DNA of 64,000 nucleotides from Trichosphaerium sp. ATCC 40318 (GCA_038496445.1 JALMLS010000564.1:62001-126000); one strand, 5' to 3'. Shown: positions 1 to 14,123, counted from the stretch's first letter. Notes: generated by a model not told the origin, from the sequence alone. Program-made: numbers and translations.

Positions 1-1195
1 CAAGGCTGTAGCGCTTTGTATCAGATTAAGCCTAACGACCCTATACACGTGTGAGACATACGTTGTACGTATTTCGTCATACCTGGAGAGAGCCTTTACG
101 TGAGTCGCTTCAAATTTACCGTTCGTATAAACCAGCTGTTTCAAAAAGGTAGTTTTCCCGCTGTTACCCGCCCCAAGTAGTAAGGTGCGGACCGGTGGGG
201 CTTGTTTTCGTTCATGAGCGATAAACTTTTGTATCGCGTTGTGCGCTTCGTTCTTTTGGCTACCTGTAGTATTGTTAATCACTTTGCTCGTAAATCGATG
301 TTTTGGGCTCCTGGAACGCACCTCCGAAACAACAACTCATCAAATGTATTATCTAACCATGTAATAGAAGGGAGGTGTTGTTGCTGCAAAGCTTTTTAGG
401 AGTTCTTTTTGGTACTGGCGTTAAGTCAAAACGATCAATTGTAAATAAAATGCCATTTTTACTGTTTTGGATTTGTTTTATCTGCAATGAGTATACTGTT
501 ACACACGTTTGTACCAGCGTTTTACAACTTTTATCTATTTTGTACTGGCTGTGCAGTATATTGCAATCACTACATTCTAGAGGTAACCACGCGTTCACCA
601 AGGATAAATGGGTACCTTTGGCTATATTAGTACGCCAGAAATTAATTGTTTGGGCGAAGATGCATTCAAAAAGGAGGTGCTTTACAGATGCAACTCAGTA
701 TCTTTCCTTTGCTAATACAAGAACTGAAATAGCGTTTTATTTTGTTACGGATCGCGTTAACAATTTTCTGTTACAGAAATTATTACGGCAGACAAAGTAC
801 GTTTTCATCTCGGTTCTGTAGCCGTACGAAAGACGAATTGCACTTTTAACTTATGAACTCGCTGGTGTCACCTACTCGTTCTACAACTACCTCAATACGA
901 GCACCGCACGTAGAGATACCGTACGCTTACTCCGCTAGGCGAAAATGCTCGGAGGGCGTTTAGATCTCCGTTGGGACTCAACAAAAAAATAATATTATCA
1001 AACAAATTTCGCTCATGTCGGCCCTATTGAAACCGCCTTACCGCTTATAGTGATTATATTGGAAATATTTATCGAAAAGGTTTGGTTGCGCGACAAGAGC
1101 GCGGCATAAAAATAAACCACGTGCACACAAAATTCAGGTAATTTTCCCTTCACAAAAACCGCTAAGCACAATCTAATAAAAACACTTATTACATC

Positions 1196-1567
1196 ATGCA
1201 ACGCCTCTTCTCCCGTAACCAACAATGCGAAACACGCTCTCCAATCTTTGATGACCACACTGGTGATACCGGACATGGCAAGCCTCAATCTCTTGAGCCG
1301 AAGACCAAACGAGCCAATGTAGATGACCTCGAAGCTGTGGTACGTTCTGTTTGCTAACGATTACATTTGTAAACTGAAAAACCGAACTACCGTTTTAATA
1401 CAGTGAAACTGTGTTAAAATCATCTTTGTAATGACGATACTGACTCCCGCGCGTAGAACGACAAACCAGGTTTTTTCTCGAAATCGTGGTCTCACCTCTT
1501 TAACCGCGAGGCAGCATACGCCCGACTGACGTGCGGAGAGGAAGAAAATCTAATAGCAAACAAATAA
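1196..1567 (+). CDS. small two-exon hypothetical protein (~84 aa)
   Basis: ATG 1196 opens MQRLFSRNQQ...DDLEAV, followed by a GTACGT donor, an ACTGAC branch-like site and a TAG acceptor. The second exon NDKPGFFSKSWSHLF...ANK* is in frame. No recognisable domain. Confidence 0.4.
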
Positions 1568-1932
1568 AAAGAAAAACCACACCAGACATTTGTACATAGT
1601 GGACTAAAACAAAAAAAAACCCTTTGTAAAGGCCAATAAAATAAACTGGCGCCATATCTTATTTCTTAGACTTTTTGTTGAATGATTTCTGGCAGAGTTC
1701 AGGTTAGGAGTTTTTGTAGTTTTGAACTTCTCTCAAAACGCCATTCCTGACTTGTCAGCAATCATTTTATGGCTGGAGTTTAATGAAATCACGCACTCTC
1801 TGTTCGTTCCGCACAAAATGAAAAGAAATCTGGTATTGGTTTTTCCCTTTGCTTGAAACAACGTACTGATAGGTAATTTACATTTATTCGCCTGTTTACA
1901 TCCTATGCATGTTATTTGTGCGTTTACTTCAT

Positions 1933-4900
1933 TTACACATCATGGAAACTTTCGTTTATGCTTCTTACTGGATGCGTAGCTATCGGATCTAGACTTTGAA
2001 CGTTGCTAAGCAGCCCTTATTAGCCAAAGAAAGGTAATAAAAATGAAAAAGAAAAAAGACTAAACTTACACGTTGTAGGTCGAACTGCATGCGGTCCTTC
2101 TTTGGTAACAACATGCGAGAACGATCAAAAGCATCGTCATCATCAAGGTAATCAGGTGTATTAGCAAAATAATTATAGATTACAGGCACTTTATGGAATG
2201 TATAGGATTCCTTTTGAAAGCTTTGAACTTGACGAATTACATTCGCAACAAGCCTCATTTTTTGGAAATTAACGATTTTCGGTTCGCCTGATTTCACTGT
2301 GAGATAAGGACGATTACCGTCTTCTATTCTCACTAAATCCGACAAGAATAAACCTATTGGAACTGTGAGCCAAAGAGAGGTATTTTTTGGAAGAAAGAAA
2401 ACAAAGAGATCATACCGAGATAAGGAAGACGTGGTGGTGATATATTAGCGAGTTGGGTACGGTACGTTGAATAACTTGATTGTGGTGACATAATACGCGT
2501 GAGATTTTGCCAGTCTCTAAATGTCTTTGTCTCAGACGTCTCTAGTTTCTAAAAGAACAAATAAATAACCAAGTTTTAAAGCGGTTTTTTTTTTGGACGG
2601 TTGACAATAAACTAGAATTCTACGTACATGCCACGTTAACCGCAAACGCTTAATTGGCGCTGAGATAAGTCCAAGTAATATCTCATGTAAAGCAAAGAAG
2701 TTATGATATTCGTAGCAACACTAGAGACGCATTAGTATTTAACTGACATAGTTAAAAAAAAAAGAGCACATACTTGCGCGAGCCGGATTAGTTTTTTCAC
2801 CATTTTGACTCTAGCTGTCTTAGAGTCACATTCGAGAACTTTGGTTGCTACCCAGTGCGTCATAATATTACACCAAGACATTAAATGTGCAATGTTTGTA
2901 GACAGCTCAGTTTTGTTTTCTTTTTGCCAATTAGTGTCCAGCAGCTCTTTTGGATGTATTTTGCTGTAAACAATGCGTAAACATAAAAAACTGTCAAGAG
3001 TTTTTGTAGACGTACGCGTAAATGCTTTGTTCATAGATACATAGCTGCCTAGCTACCTCTTGAGCGTCAAAAAATTCAAATGCATCCCCTTTAGGTATAA
3101 TAGAGTCTGGGATAGGGTGATCCTGCATTACAATAATCTTTTTCCTCTCAGACTAGGGATAAATAGTCAGCAAATATTGTAGCGGAGTTAAAACTTACCT
3201 GAGACGCGGTTTGGTCCATGAATACTTTGAGTAGTTGAGCTCCGTTCTGCTCATAACCACAGCAACTAGCTATTTCCTTTACGCCTTCTCTAAGCAACTT
3301 AATAGCTGCTGGATCACTTTCAAAATCATGGAAATGCTGTAACATCCAACGTTTCAATACATTGACTACCCTACAGAAAAGAAAGCGCATTAGGCTAAAA
3401 TAGAACGAGTACACATTAAACGGTTTTTTTTTGCTAACGGTCCTCAGTTGTTTACCTTAACCCAGCAATGTTTGCTTTCAGTTTACCATCGATCATAAGC
3501 TTTCCAGGTGTTTTTTGATCCTCCGCGTAGATATCACGAAACTGTTGTAAAGTCCTACGGAATAACTCATACGGCGTCAAGTGAGATCTATACGTAAGCA
3601 AGAACGTCACAAGGTAGTTATTATCTAAAGATCACAATTATTTCGGGTGCCACTTTAAACCCGCTTTACGAACCTTGTCCAGTATAGTCACGAGCCAAAA
3701 GCTCAATAAGCTTTTCTAAACGTCCTCCCTTTACAATTATCTGAAAGTTCTTTGACATCCAAACAAGACCATCCTTGGCTTCATCGGTAGGTCCTTTATT
3801 AACGTTAGTACAACGAGTAACAAAGTTGCATTTCAAGAAAATCGCACCAGTGATAGTACATTTGCCTTTAGACACTTCACCAGTTCTAAACAGTGTAGTA
3901 GGTGTACTACCAACTCTTGAATGGCTTTTGGGAATAAAAAACCCAGCATTAACTGCCGAAGCTGGAGTAGGGCTTGTATGTCCTTCACTCTAACGCAAAA
4001 CAAAGTCAGGAAAGTTGGTCGCTACAGACAAAAAAACCAGATCGAACAATTCTTTTTGATTGATTAACCACGTACATCACTATCGTTACTTCTAGCGCTT
4101 GTCATTCTATCGTATCGTACATGTCTTGGATTTGATTCAACCCATTTCTTAATTGCCTCATTAACAACCTTGTATTGTGCTTTAATATCTTGAGCTGTGC
4201 TCTTATCAAGTCTTTTACGCCTCCTCGAAACACTATTTTGTCTTTTCTTTCTACCAGTTTCCTTGACGTTCTCTCTAGGAGAAGACTTCTTCTTTTTAGC
4301 TAAAAGGCTCCATTAATACAGTAACTGAAAAAAGAAGATCCATCAAGTTTGTTAACGTACATTTGAACTCAACTCCAGCTATTTTAAGCGACTTCTTAAG
4401 TCTATCTCTCACCAAAGTGAGAGTTTCAGCCTCATAGACATTCTTTGCGTTATTCCTTGATTTACCCTTAGTGAGAGGAATTAAGAAGCATGATCCTGAA
4501 CTAGAGGCTGCTTCTTCGCTATCTCCAGAATCTTTAGCTCTAGCAGCCTTGAAATAAACACACTTAGCAAAGATCTTTGTAGAGTAAGGTTAATAACATA
4601 CTTGGTAATCGATCAATGCTTTTTCTATTACGCTATCACCCAATGTAACAGCTAGGTCTAAAGGTGTTTGATTACTGGCGTCTTTAAGAGTTTCAATATC
4701 AGGTTTTGTCTCTTGGCTTAGTAGATACGAGAGTATGTTCTCTACAATATCCTTATGCCCACAATGTACAGCTAAATGCAATGGTGTGATATTATACATA
4801 TCAGCTTTAACAGGGCTAAACCGTTTGAGAGTAATAAGTGCCTATAATCCGCTTAGATACAAGTCAAACGAAAACATACAAAAAACTTTTCTTGTTTCTT

Positions 4901-6460
4901 ATTAGTAGTATTACCTGCACAGCTTCAGTATATCCGAGCCAAGTAAGTTGATGTATTAATGTGGATTTAATAGCATCAAGTTGAGAGCAATCAACGTAGA
5001 ATACAGCTCTAGAAACATATTAGAGTGGTAAAGATAACAAAAATACTTACTGTTTCATGATATCTCGCAACACGTTATTCTTTCGCTTGGACAAATGCAA
5101 ATCTAAGAAATTTAATATCTTAATGACAGGTTCTGTAATATCGCCTGGGAGATCAAGAAGTGGTATAAGAGACGCTTGAGGTGCTGTAAAAACTAAGTTA
5201 GTAATGAAAAAGCAAAAAAAAACAAAGAAAAGACATACAATAATTGTACTTGTAGTCGTGCGTCGAATTTATGCGATCAGGTAATAATAGCAGCTTAGTT
5301 CGAAGTTCTCCTTTAGGGTATGCAATACCAAAGTCTTGTATAGGAGGTATAGGTACTTCAAGACCACTATCACCACCTTGACCAACACGACAACAAATAA
5401 CTGATTGAGAACAGTTTGATTGCATCGAGAATTCAACAGTACGATTAGACGCAGTATTAATACTACTACTAGAAGGTGACAAAAGCAGTGATGCTTTTGA
5501 TTGAGAATGAAGACCAGTCTGTTTTAATGAAGGTGATACTCCTTTGAATACTAAGCTAGAAGCCTTTGTAGGCTTACCCTGTGAGCAATACTTTACGCTT
5601 TCTACAGGAACGGTGTAATTACCCTAAAAAAAGAAAAAAAAATTAATAAGTTATGAAAATGTTAAGTGAAAGAATACGCGAATTGTAGCGTTGTACTTAC
5701 ACGCCCTCGCCCAGTAGAGAATGACAATGGAAATTTAGAGTCATCAGATGCGCCACCTATGCTAGCGCAAACGCTACCCTCAACAGATTCTCCGTTTACC
5801 GGTTTTAAGAATGCACCAGTTATACGAACTGTAAAACGACTTGATGTATCGCCAGAGTCTATTTTGCCCTCAACGCACGCCTCAGTACATGAAAAATATC
5901 TAAAACGACAAATTGGGTTAAAAATTGCTATGTAGGGTTTAAAGCACTGGGTTACGCATAGGGAACGTATAAATAGCTTTCTTGATTAAAAAGACGTACT
6001 CATCAGCGTTTAAACGTGATTCTACAATTGAAAACCATAGCCCCAGTATGTTTGATTCTTCTGCTTTAGTAGGCGTATAGCGTACTGCAGGTGAGTATAA
6101 AATTGGAGGTCTTGTTTCTATCTGAACATCTATCTGTGTTGTTTGAGGGCTTTGTTTTATCTCTGGATCGCTTGAATCTGAGTTTATTTGTACTCTGAGA
6201 TGTAAATAAGTGGATCGTTTGCTTTATTTTACGCACTGTAAGATTTGTATTGTCCTATTAGCGGTAGTTCCATTAGCATCTACGCGTGGTTGATCCCTAG
6301 GAGTAGTATTGAGACGCTTAAGCAAAACCACGTAATAACACGACCGTACACCAACAATTCGTGTTGATGTGGTAAGTTGTGGCACAGCAGTGCCAAAAGG
6401 CAATTTCACGTACATGGAAAATGAATATCCGTTTTCGCCAGAATTTACTTCAGTGGTTGC
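1933..6460 (-). CDS. multi-exon ankyrin-repeat RasGEF (RasGEF_N/REM + CDC25 domain); 5' end uncertain
   Basis: Exons encode ankyrin motifs (ITPLHLAVHCGHKDIV, QTPLDLA), REM (VKGGRLEKLIELL; RVVNVLKRWMLQHFHDF) and CDC25 motifs (HWVATKVL..RVKMVKKLIRLA; LSDLVRIEDGN..VNFQKMRLVA). Confidence 0.9.
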
Positions 6461-6842
6461 CTAACTGCATGAAAACATGAACAAAAGATGCAATTGCCAA
6501 CAAGAAACTTGAACCGTTTCAATTCATACAATAGCCTTTTACTGTAGCTAAATGTAACGCGCTTACCTTTTAAGTGTTCAATAATGTGTTACTTGCACTT
6601 TAACGCTAGTTGATATTTTTATAGGCCATTGGCTGATATGATGGTTAGGAGGTGCAAGGAGTTATACTTCTTTTTGAAGCAGATTTGACCGTAAGGAAAC
6701 CAAAACTTTTACTTTTTATGAAAATTGTTCTGAGAAGCTCTTATAGTTGAAATCGTATACGATTACAATGCCCACAGGCATTAAATCAAAAAAAGGGAAG
6801 GTTAGAAAAGCAATTCGCTTTGTTTTTTTTGGTTTTTTTACA

Positions 6843-7688
6843 TTATTGTGAGAGACCTTGGTTTGCAAGCCACTCTCCTTCGCTCTCTTTGTCCTTAATA
6901 AAAGGCAGATGATCCAAACTACGCGATCTGTCTTTTTCTTCTTGTGCTGCTTTCACTGCAGCCTTGTTCTCCTCCTTACGTTTAGCCTTCTCGTCAATAA
7001 GGCGTTGCTAAAAACCAATAAAGTTAGTAGTGAACCAAACGTCATAATAAACGTGCCAATTTTGGAGGGTTTTTATTGTGTTCCTTACGGAACAACATAA
7101 GGGCCAATTGAGTCATTTCGAAATTGTTCAATTTACGTTCTTCTTTAGCTTCAATTTTTTTTAGAATTTCGGTTGGATTCCTATCCCCTTGCTCCCATAT
7201 TTCCCTTACGAACGCTTTGCTACAAAGTGTCATTTTTTTGAACAAGAAATTTAAAAAAAATGTTGACAAACACTGTGTAGAGCGCTAAAACGTACATTGG
7301 TTTAAGAACTGCGTGTTGTTCAAGTAGTCTATCGTGATCATTTCGTTTTGTAATGCGTTTAGCCCAGTCAGCCCGCTTTTTTTCCTCATGGATTTCCCTG
7401 GTGTAGGATTAGCTTTATTAGGTGTAACCATCGCTCAACCTTGATTTTAGTTTCTTTTCAGCTTTAATCTTCCTTTTCTGATCATGGGACTCTTTAATAC
7501 GTCTAACTTTCGCTATTTGCGTTCGCCCATTAGAGTCGCGAAAGCGCACTTGCGTAATTGGCCTACAATCTACTCTAGCCGCACGATCTGGTAATAATTA
7601 GCGATTACGTGCATAATAATGGCAATCTTGTCGTACAGCGTAGATTATGGTTATACGAGATACTTGTCGCCCGCACAAGGAAACTCAT
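6843..7688 (-). CDS. multi-exon basic coiled-coil protein with probable mitochondrial presequence
   Basis: Spliced model MSFLVRATSISYNHNLRCTTRLPLLCTPITQVRFRDSNGRTQIAKVRRIKE...NQGLSQ*. The N-terminus is Arg/Ser-rich and acid-free and ends in QVRF. Confidence 0.6.
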
Positions 7689-7768
7689 GAGCGTTTGTAC
7701 ACGATGGGGTAAGTTTATGAACAAATTTTTCAAAATGATTAAGTCTGCATCATTTCGTTTAATTTGAA
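7689..7768. promoter_or_regulatory. compact bidirectional promoter region
   Basis: Only 80 bp separate the divergent predicted ATGs at 7688(-) and 7769(+). Confidence 0.5.
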
Positions 7769-10700
7769 ATGGCATTGAATGCACAAGATCAGTCGAATAT
7801 ACAGGAGCTCATAGGGATATTCAAAGCCTTGCAGTCACCTCAATTACCACAAAATACTCGCGTACAAGCCCAAGAAGTACGTTAAAGTGACTTTATGGAC
7901 CTCACAGTGCCAAGGCTGTAGCAGCGTTCAAAAAACACGCCAGAATTGGTATTTATGCCTTCCATCTGGTACATAAGCGTAATGATGACGCTACAAGACA
8001 TTTTGGGTTCCATTTACTGGAGGACGTTGTAAAATCTGATGAATGGTACCAAATGACAAATAAAAGGCGTGATTTCTTTAAGTCTTCGCTCATACAATAC
8101 GCTGCAACTGTACGCACGCTTTTATTTGAGAAAGTTTTTCAATCATCACAAAACGATATTCTGTTCGCTCACAGCGCTTTAAAGGGAACCAAGGATTTTT
8201 TTCAAGAGGCACATTTCGTTAAAGGAAAGCTTGCAAGTGTAATTGTACGTAAAATTCTCAATTTTCGAAATTTCGGGAAGATTGATTATTACATTCTAAC
8301 TTGTACGTAAAGTCTCAAATAGCAAAGAGAGAATGGCCTCAAAGGTGGCCACAACTTATAAAACAACTATCAGATATTGGGTCTGGTCAGGTACGGAAGA
8401 AATGTGGATGGATGTTTATTTTTTGATTTTCAATCTCTAGGCTGTTCAGAAAGATGTTGTGCTTGTTATTTTGAGGTATCTCATTGAGGATTTTTATGAA
8501 ACAAATGAGAATATACCAAAAGATAGGCGCAGGTATAAGGGAACGTTATGTATTCCTCACTTAAAGATTTTTAGAGCGCTTGTTGTAGGATTGAAGCAAA
8601 ACTTTGGTGATGTTTTTCCTTTTGTCTTAAACGTTGTCAAACAAAGTTATTCCAACTTTACAAGACTCAACACGGTACATATTCGCTCGTACAATATCTC
8701 AGTGATACTGACACTTTAAAAGCCGGAGAATAAAAATAATCCAGAGCTAGTAGTGGCTTACAGATTATGTAATCAAGGATTAGAAACATTGGCAAAATAC
8801 TTAGAGTTCGGGCCTTCAAAGTACACTTTATTCTTTTTATAACAATGTAATCAGTCTCATTATTTACTCTTTCTTCAGGACAATTGTAAACTCGAATGTT
8901 ATACAGTTGTTGGTTGAGCTGTTAGGCTCTGTTCATTTTCGTTTGGTATGTCATTTTTTTTACTTGTATTTGTTAACGGATTGGCTCCTACCTATGCTGT
9001 GTTGTAGATATTTATTGATTTATATTGTTGTGTCTAATTTTATATCCTTAGGTGTCTATAAGGAGTATATTGACACTAGTAGACGTTCCATTAAGAGAGG
9101 ACAAAAAGATACTCGTTACAAAATGCTTTGATTTTGTACCAGAAATATCAAATGCCGTTATGATAAACCCAAACGATGAGGGTGCTTATGAGTTTGTAAA
9201 AGTATTAGTTGAAGCAATGACAATACTCGGATGTAAATATATTGGATTTGTTAGTGCAAACAAAATCAAACAACTACACCCAAAGTTTGAGGCGTACGAG
9301 AAAAAAGCAGATACCCAAAAACTTTTTTTTTTAAATAATGTTTGTAGGTACTTTAGCTTTCAGATAAATGTTCTCAAGATGTCAATGTTAAGATTAAATA
9401 TGCACGCAATGAACTACTTTAGTCTTATGATTCGTTGTCATCAACTATTGGGCTTGGCAGTACGTAATTCTATTATTAATTTGCTATGCATTATCTCGTA
9501 ATATTCTCACATTTGTTCAGACAAAACGTGTTGTTGATTCGGTTCTGGTACCTAAGATTATGCAAGCCATTGCTCCAAAGCTTGAGAAGGTGACTAAAAA
9601 GAAGTATGCTTGACAATATGGAGTTGAAATTACGTAGTCTAACACTATGTAACAGGTTTGAGGAAAATGTTTACAACCAAGCAGATTTCGATAGCTATGA
9701 AGAATTTCAAGATTTCTTCTCCTCAAATATCGCAACTCCTGCAGGCACGATAGCACGTAAATGCTCTATCAAAGCACCTGTGAGTATGTGTTCATTCTTA
9801 GCGAATATGTGGTCCTCGTATGAAGGTCAAATAGCACAGATCAAGAATGGTACAGTGACGAGTGTTCAACAGTGAATTCTGGCTTACTTTTTTTAAGTCT
9901 CAGGGTTGACAACGTCCAGCCCAGAGTATACCTTTTTTGCTGCTTTAGTACAAATCACAACACCTGCTGTATCTAGTCTCTCAGATGTTAAAATTTCACA
10001 GAGACAACAAATCAATGGTATGCTTCAACAACTATGTGGGTGTATCTTTGCTATAAAGCCAAAGGATCCTCTCCTTATTATGGAGCAAATATCAGCCATT
10101 TCTTCTTTTAAAAAACATTGCGGAGCAAACCAAGTCATACTACAACATGTAATTGAGATTGTCATACAGTATTCTACTTTCTTACAACCCAATGAAACGA
10201 TACAAACTATGTCAAAGGAAACAATCAAAACGAGAAGGTACCATACATTTTCTGACTTTGTACTGATATAATTGTACAATAGAAATGCTGCTACAACTTT
10301 TGCATCGCTTTGTAAGAATCAGAAGAAAGAATTAATGGTATGTTCGGCCCTCTTTCACTAAGCTCATATCGTAAAAACACCCACTTATGAATTAATGTTT
10401 AGCCGTTTTTTGAGAAAATTATTTCTTCAGTTAATCTCTTGATAACAAATGAGAGACTTAACTATGCAGAACAAACATGGATGATACAAGGTCTAGTAGC
10501 CCTAAGGTATCCAAAAAATCACTTTTACAGATGAAAGCTTACGTTTTAATAGCTCTGAGATTCCATCATTTCAACAACAAGCACAATTTTTAGAATCACT
10601 TTTTCAGAAGTTTGAGAAGGTAACTGCCTTTGAAGATAGCGTTTTTAATTAATAACCTCCAAGCAATGGATTGAACTTGCGTCACTCATTAAAGACCCAA

Positions 10701-12747
10701 AAAGAATGATTATGATCCTTACTCAACCAAACAATCCAGAAAAAGAGGAAATGACTGTAAGTCCTTTTTTTTGTTTCTATAACTTGTGGTTTTTCTTACG
10801 CTTTTGTTAGAGAATGTTTCACATAGTACGAACGTTCAAAACGCTATGGGGAACCTACAGATCCTCATCCGAACTACAAGTACGAATTGCCTAACTATCA
10901 TAGCCTCTGACACCTTTTTAAAGTCACCTGAGTTTGGTCAATATGTTTCTAATGGAATAACATTCCAAAAGCGAAGTCCAATGACTGAGCATGACAAGGT
11001 AAACCCGTACATAATATATACGCCCTAACATAAATTTAATATATAGAGGATATTACCACTTATATTTGAACTTACAGCATCAATACATACAATGTGGACG
11101 CCTCAATTCAGAGCTCAACTTGGTCCTGAATACCAAAGTATTTTCGAACCTCCGCTTGAAGTTGTTCCCAATCATGGTACGTAGATTACCATACGAGCCT
11201 ATTTAAATATCCCTTTATTTAAAGACGTTATTCTAATATTTCTTTCCGTACTTAGTTTCAAAGCTTGTGCTTCAGAGACCTCATCAAATCAATCAAATAA
11301 TAGATCATATGCACTGCCTTCGTTGTTTTGCATACGATGTAATTGGAGCATCCTCTTGGCGTGGAGAAGCTATATATGCAGCAAATGACTTTCCTAATTC
11401 ATTGATCAAAGGCGTATTGTGTAACTCAGAATGCTTACAGCTTCATCACATCTCAGCTTTAATGAGTATCCTTTCTCCATTATTTTTAGAATGAATTTTT
11501 GAGGATTTCTTTCTTGGTTTTAAATGTCTTGACTCTACCGAGAATCTGCTTTAATCCCAGTCCTTGATAACGTTCCTAATGAAGTATTGGGGAAACTTAT
11601 ACCAAGTATAACACAATTCGTTGTGAACACTTTCAAAAGGATTGATAATGAATGGAAACAACTGTATGTAAAAAACCTTTTTCTCTATTCCTACCACTCT
11701 GCTGTGTGCCTGCTAATACTTTATAATTTAGACAATCTGGTAGTGCAAGTGATAGTAATGAGAGTATTGAAGTCATTACAGAGGCTTTACTACGCAACTT
11801 GTGCCGTAATCTAGCTGACTTTTTATTTTTAATTTTTAACCCAAAAAATAAACTCGGCTCTAATGCAACCAGTATCATGACAACAATGACAAGTACTATT
11901 CAATTACTACTACAAAGCAACCCAGGTGTATGTATTTAACATTATGAGTATTTGTATTTACATGGCTGTAGGGTATAATGCCTTTTTTGGTTGCTATTAC
12001 AGTACTCTTAAAAGTCCCCGATTCTGTAACAATAAGCAAGTCTGCTTTGATGGCTCACTCTATAATTCATACACAAAGTCTAAGAGAAGGTTGTAAAGAG
12101 TTCTTGGTGAATGGTACGGACATATTTGGGAACCATTTAACAATTGTTTTCGGTGAGTTATTTTTTTCTTACTTTTTTCAGACTTGTTTTTTTCTACACT
12201 GACAGGACTCACATCAAACTCTTTTGGAGTTGTCGAACTTGCGGAATGTGTTAATATATTAGTTGATACGTATCTATTCTTTCCGAATGAAACAGAAGTA
12301 GTATTACTACAACACTTTAAAAACGTGATAACAAAGAACAATATACAAGTACGTCACTTCACTTCTTATTTTTTTCTGTAAAACTATTTTTTACTAACTG
12401 TTTTTGTTTCACTACAGAAATTTAGACGTGATATGCAGAAGATTCCAAAAAAGTTTTCCAGGGATATAGTAAAACAAAGACGTGTATTGATGTTAAAATT
12501 ATTTTCATCAGTTAATGTACGACCTCAGAAAATAACCAAATCTTCAGTTTTCCAAAAAAAAGCAAGCCAAAAAAAAGACTTTTGATCTAATCTTTTCTTG
12601 TCATAGATACATCTCGGTGCTGATAGTCTTAAAAAGAAAACGAATATAAGAGATTTAAGCACACAATTTTATAGACAAAAAATGAGCTTAGAGGAAGAAT
12701 GGACAGGTGGAGAAGAATTCGGAACTGCTGAATTGTTTAAACAGTAG
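7769..12747 (+). CDS. XPO5: exportin-5 / Msn5-like importin-beta family nuclear export receptor (many introns)
   Basis: IBN_N/Xpo1-type motifs RHFGFHLLEDVVK, FVKGKLASVIV, IAKREWPQRWP, EDF, then long HEAT-like helical exons. Stop TAG at 12745-12747. Confidence 0.8.
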
Positions 12748-12841
12748 TTTTCAGCCTAAAAATAATAAAAAAATAACACAAATTCTTTTAAGGTTGGAGT
12801 GTGACCTCCGCTGAGAGCGTATAACTTAATGCTCTATGGCT

Positions 12842-13016
12842 TATTTTCTCGCATTATTACTGCATGTCAACCTAACAAGCTGACCAAGTTCGCAAAGGCT
12901 TAATGTTTACTGTTGGAACAAAATTCACCGCAACCCTCAAGGTTGCATATTTTCTCAAAATTACTACATGTCAAGGCAAGCTGAAGTTCAATAGGCTTAA
13001 TGTTTGAATGTTGGAA
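12842..13016. repeat. degenerate tandem duplication of a ~70-nt unit separated by a hairpin
   Basis: Units 12842-12918 and 12948-13016 share the blocks tattttctc / ttact.catgtcaa / caagctga / aagttc / aggcttaatgttt / tgttggaa. The spacer contains the hairpin gcaacc-ctcaa-ggttgc. Confidence 0.75.
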
Positions 13017-13032
13017 TACTCGTACTTCTTCT

Positions 13033-14123
13033 TTACTTTGAAGGCATTAACAAATAGAGCATAGTTAGTACAGTGTCATATGCTGTATTCCAGTCATACT
13101 TGCGGAATCCGCCAAAGGTACCCTAGCAGAATTTCATATAATTAAAAATGCCATAAACACAGAATACACATGAAACAGTAACCCACTTTGCAATAATAAA
13201 GATCATTCCTACGTTTTTGCAAAGAATAGCATCATGTTCTGTTTTTGTGTAGATCACTGTTCCAGGGATCAACCATAAAGAAATAAATCCAGTAATAAAG
13301 AAATAACGTTGTATCTTTCCAGAAAGGTTGATCCCAAAAGAAAATGCATAAACAAACAATGGTAGTATTATAAATAGCGTAATTAAAGCATCTATCAGTA
13401 TCCACATTGATGTATTAAAAGCCTCCGATAAATGTCAGTAAAACGGTCACATGTGGTAGAAATGTATAAAAGCAAATTGATTTTATTCTAATTGTATGAA
13501 ACGGAGTTAACTATCTACTTCATTTTGTGGCAAGGTGACAGGATTTGTTTACCCGAGATTGTAGGATGTAATGGTAGAATCTAGAAGATACAGGATTGTC
13601 TATTTGTAGAAAAAAAGAGGAAAAATGAAAACGCTTGTAAACAGGTTTTGAAGAAAAAATGGAAGTCGATTAGTAGTTGACTCACCGTTTGTCACTTTGC
13701 ATTCTGTAGCGCTACTATAAAATACTTGTGCTATAGTGATTGAACCAGGTGCCATTATGAAAACTAGCGCCACCAACAAGAATTTAAGGATGAATTTTCT
13801 TTGTTTTTTCTTCTTCATCTTCTTATTATGCTGTTGCGCTTTTCTTTTTTTCTTGTCATCCGTTTTCCATTGTTCAACATTTATAACCAATATACCACTT
13901 GCTTCAATGTCGTTGTACCATGATTTCGAAACCAAACGTGCATTCTTTGCAGATGTATAACAAAGGTACTCAAACAGTTCAAGTACTATTTCTTGTGGTA
14001 AATCATTAAAGTGTTGCGTTTCCCCTAGTATTGTTGTTGTCCTTGACAGGCAAATTGAGCTATTGGCGTACGCTTTGGCGCTCCAATTTCACCATATAGT
14101 ACTTCTTCAAGGTTGCTATGCAT
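13033..14123 (-). CDS. F-box protein with multiple C-terminal transmembrane helices
   Basis: Spliced N-terminus MHSNLEEV...HFNDLPQEIVLELFEYLCYTSAKNARLVSKSW is an F-box. It is followed by a basic stretch and hydrophobic helices (FILKFLLVALVFIM; WILIDALITLFIILPLFVYAF; YFFITGFISLWLIPG). The 3' end is 13033 or 13123 depending on the last intron. Confidence 0.75.

Noticed and set aside
202-1288. ORFs 202-399, 353-601, 375-821, 1013-1288
   Set aside because: No domain signal, overlapping frames and composition typical of AT-rich non-coding DNA. The 1013-1288 ORF is antisense to a more plausible spliced gene.
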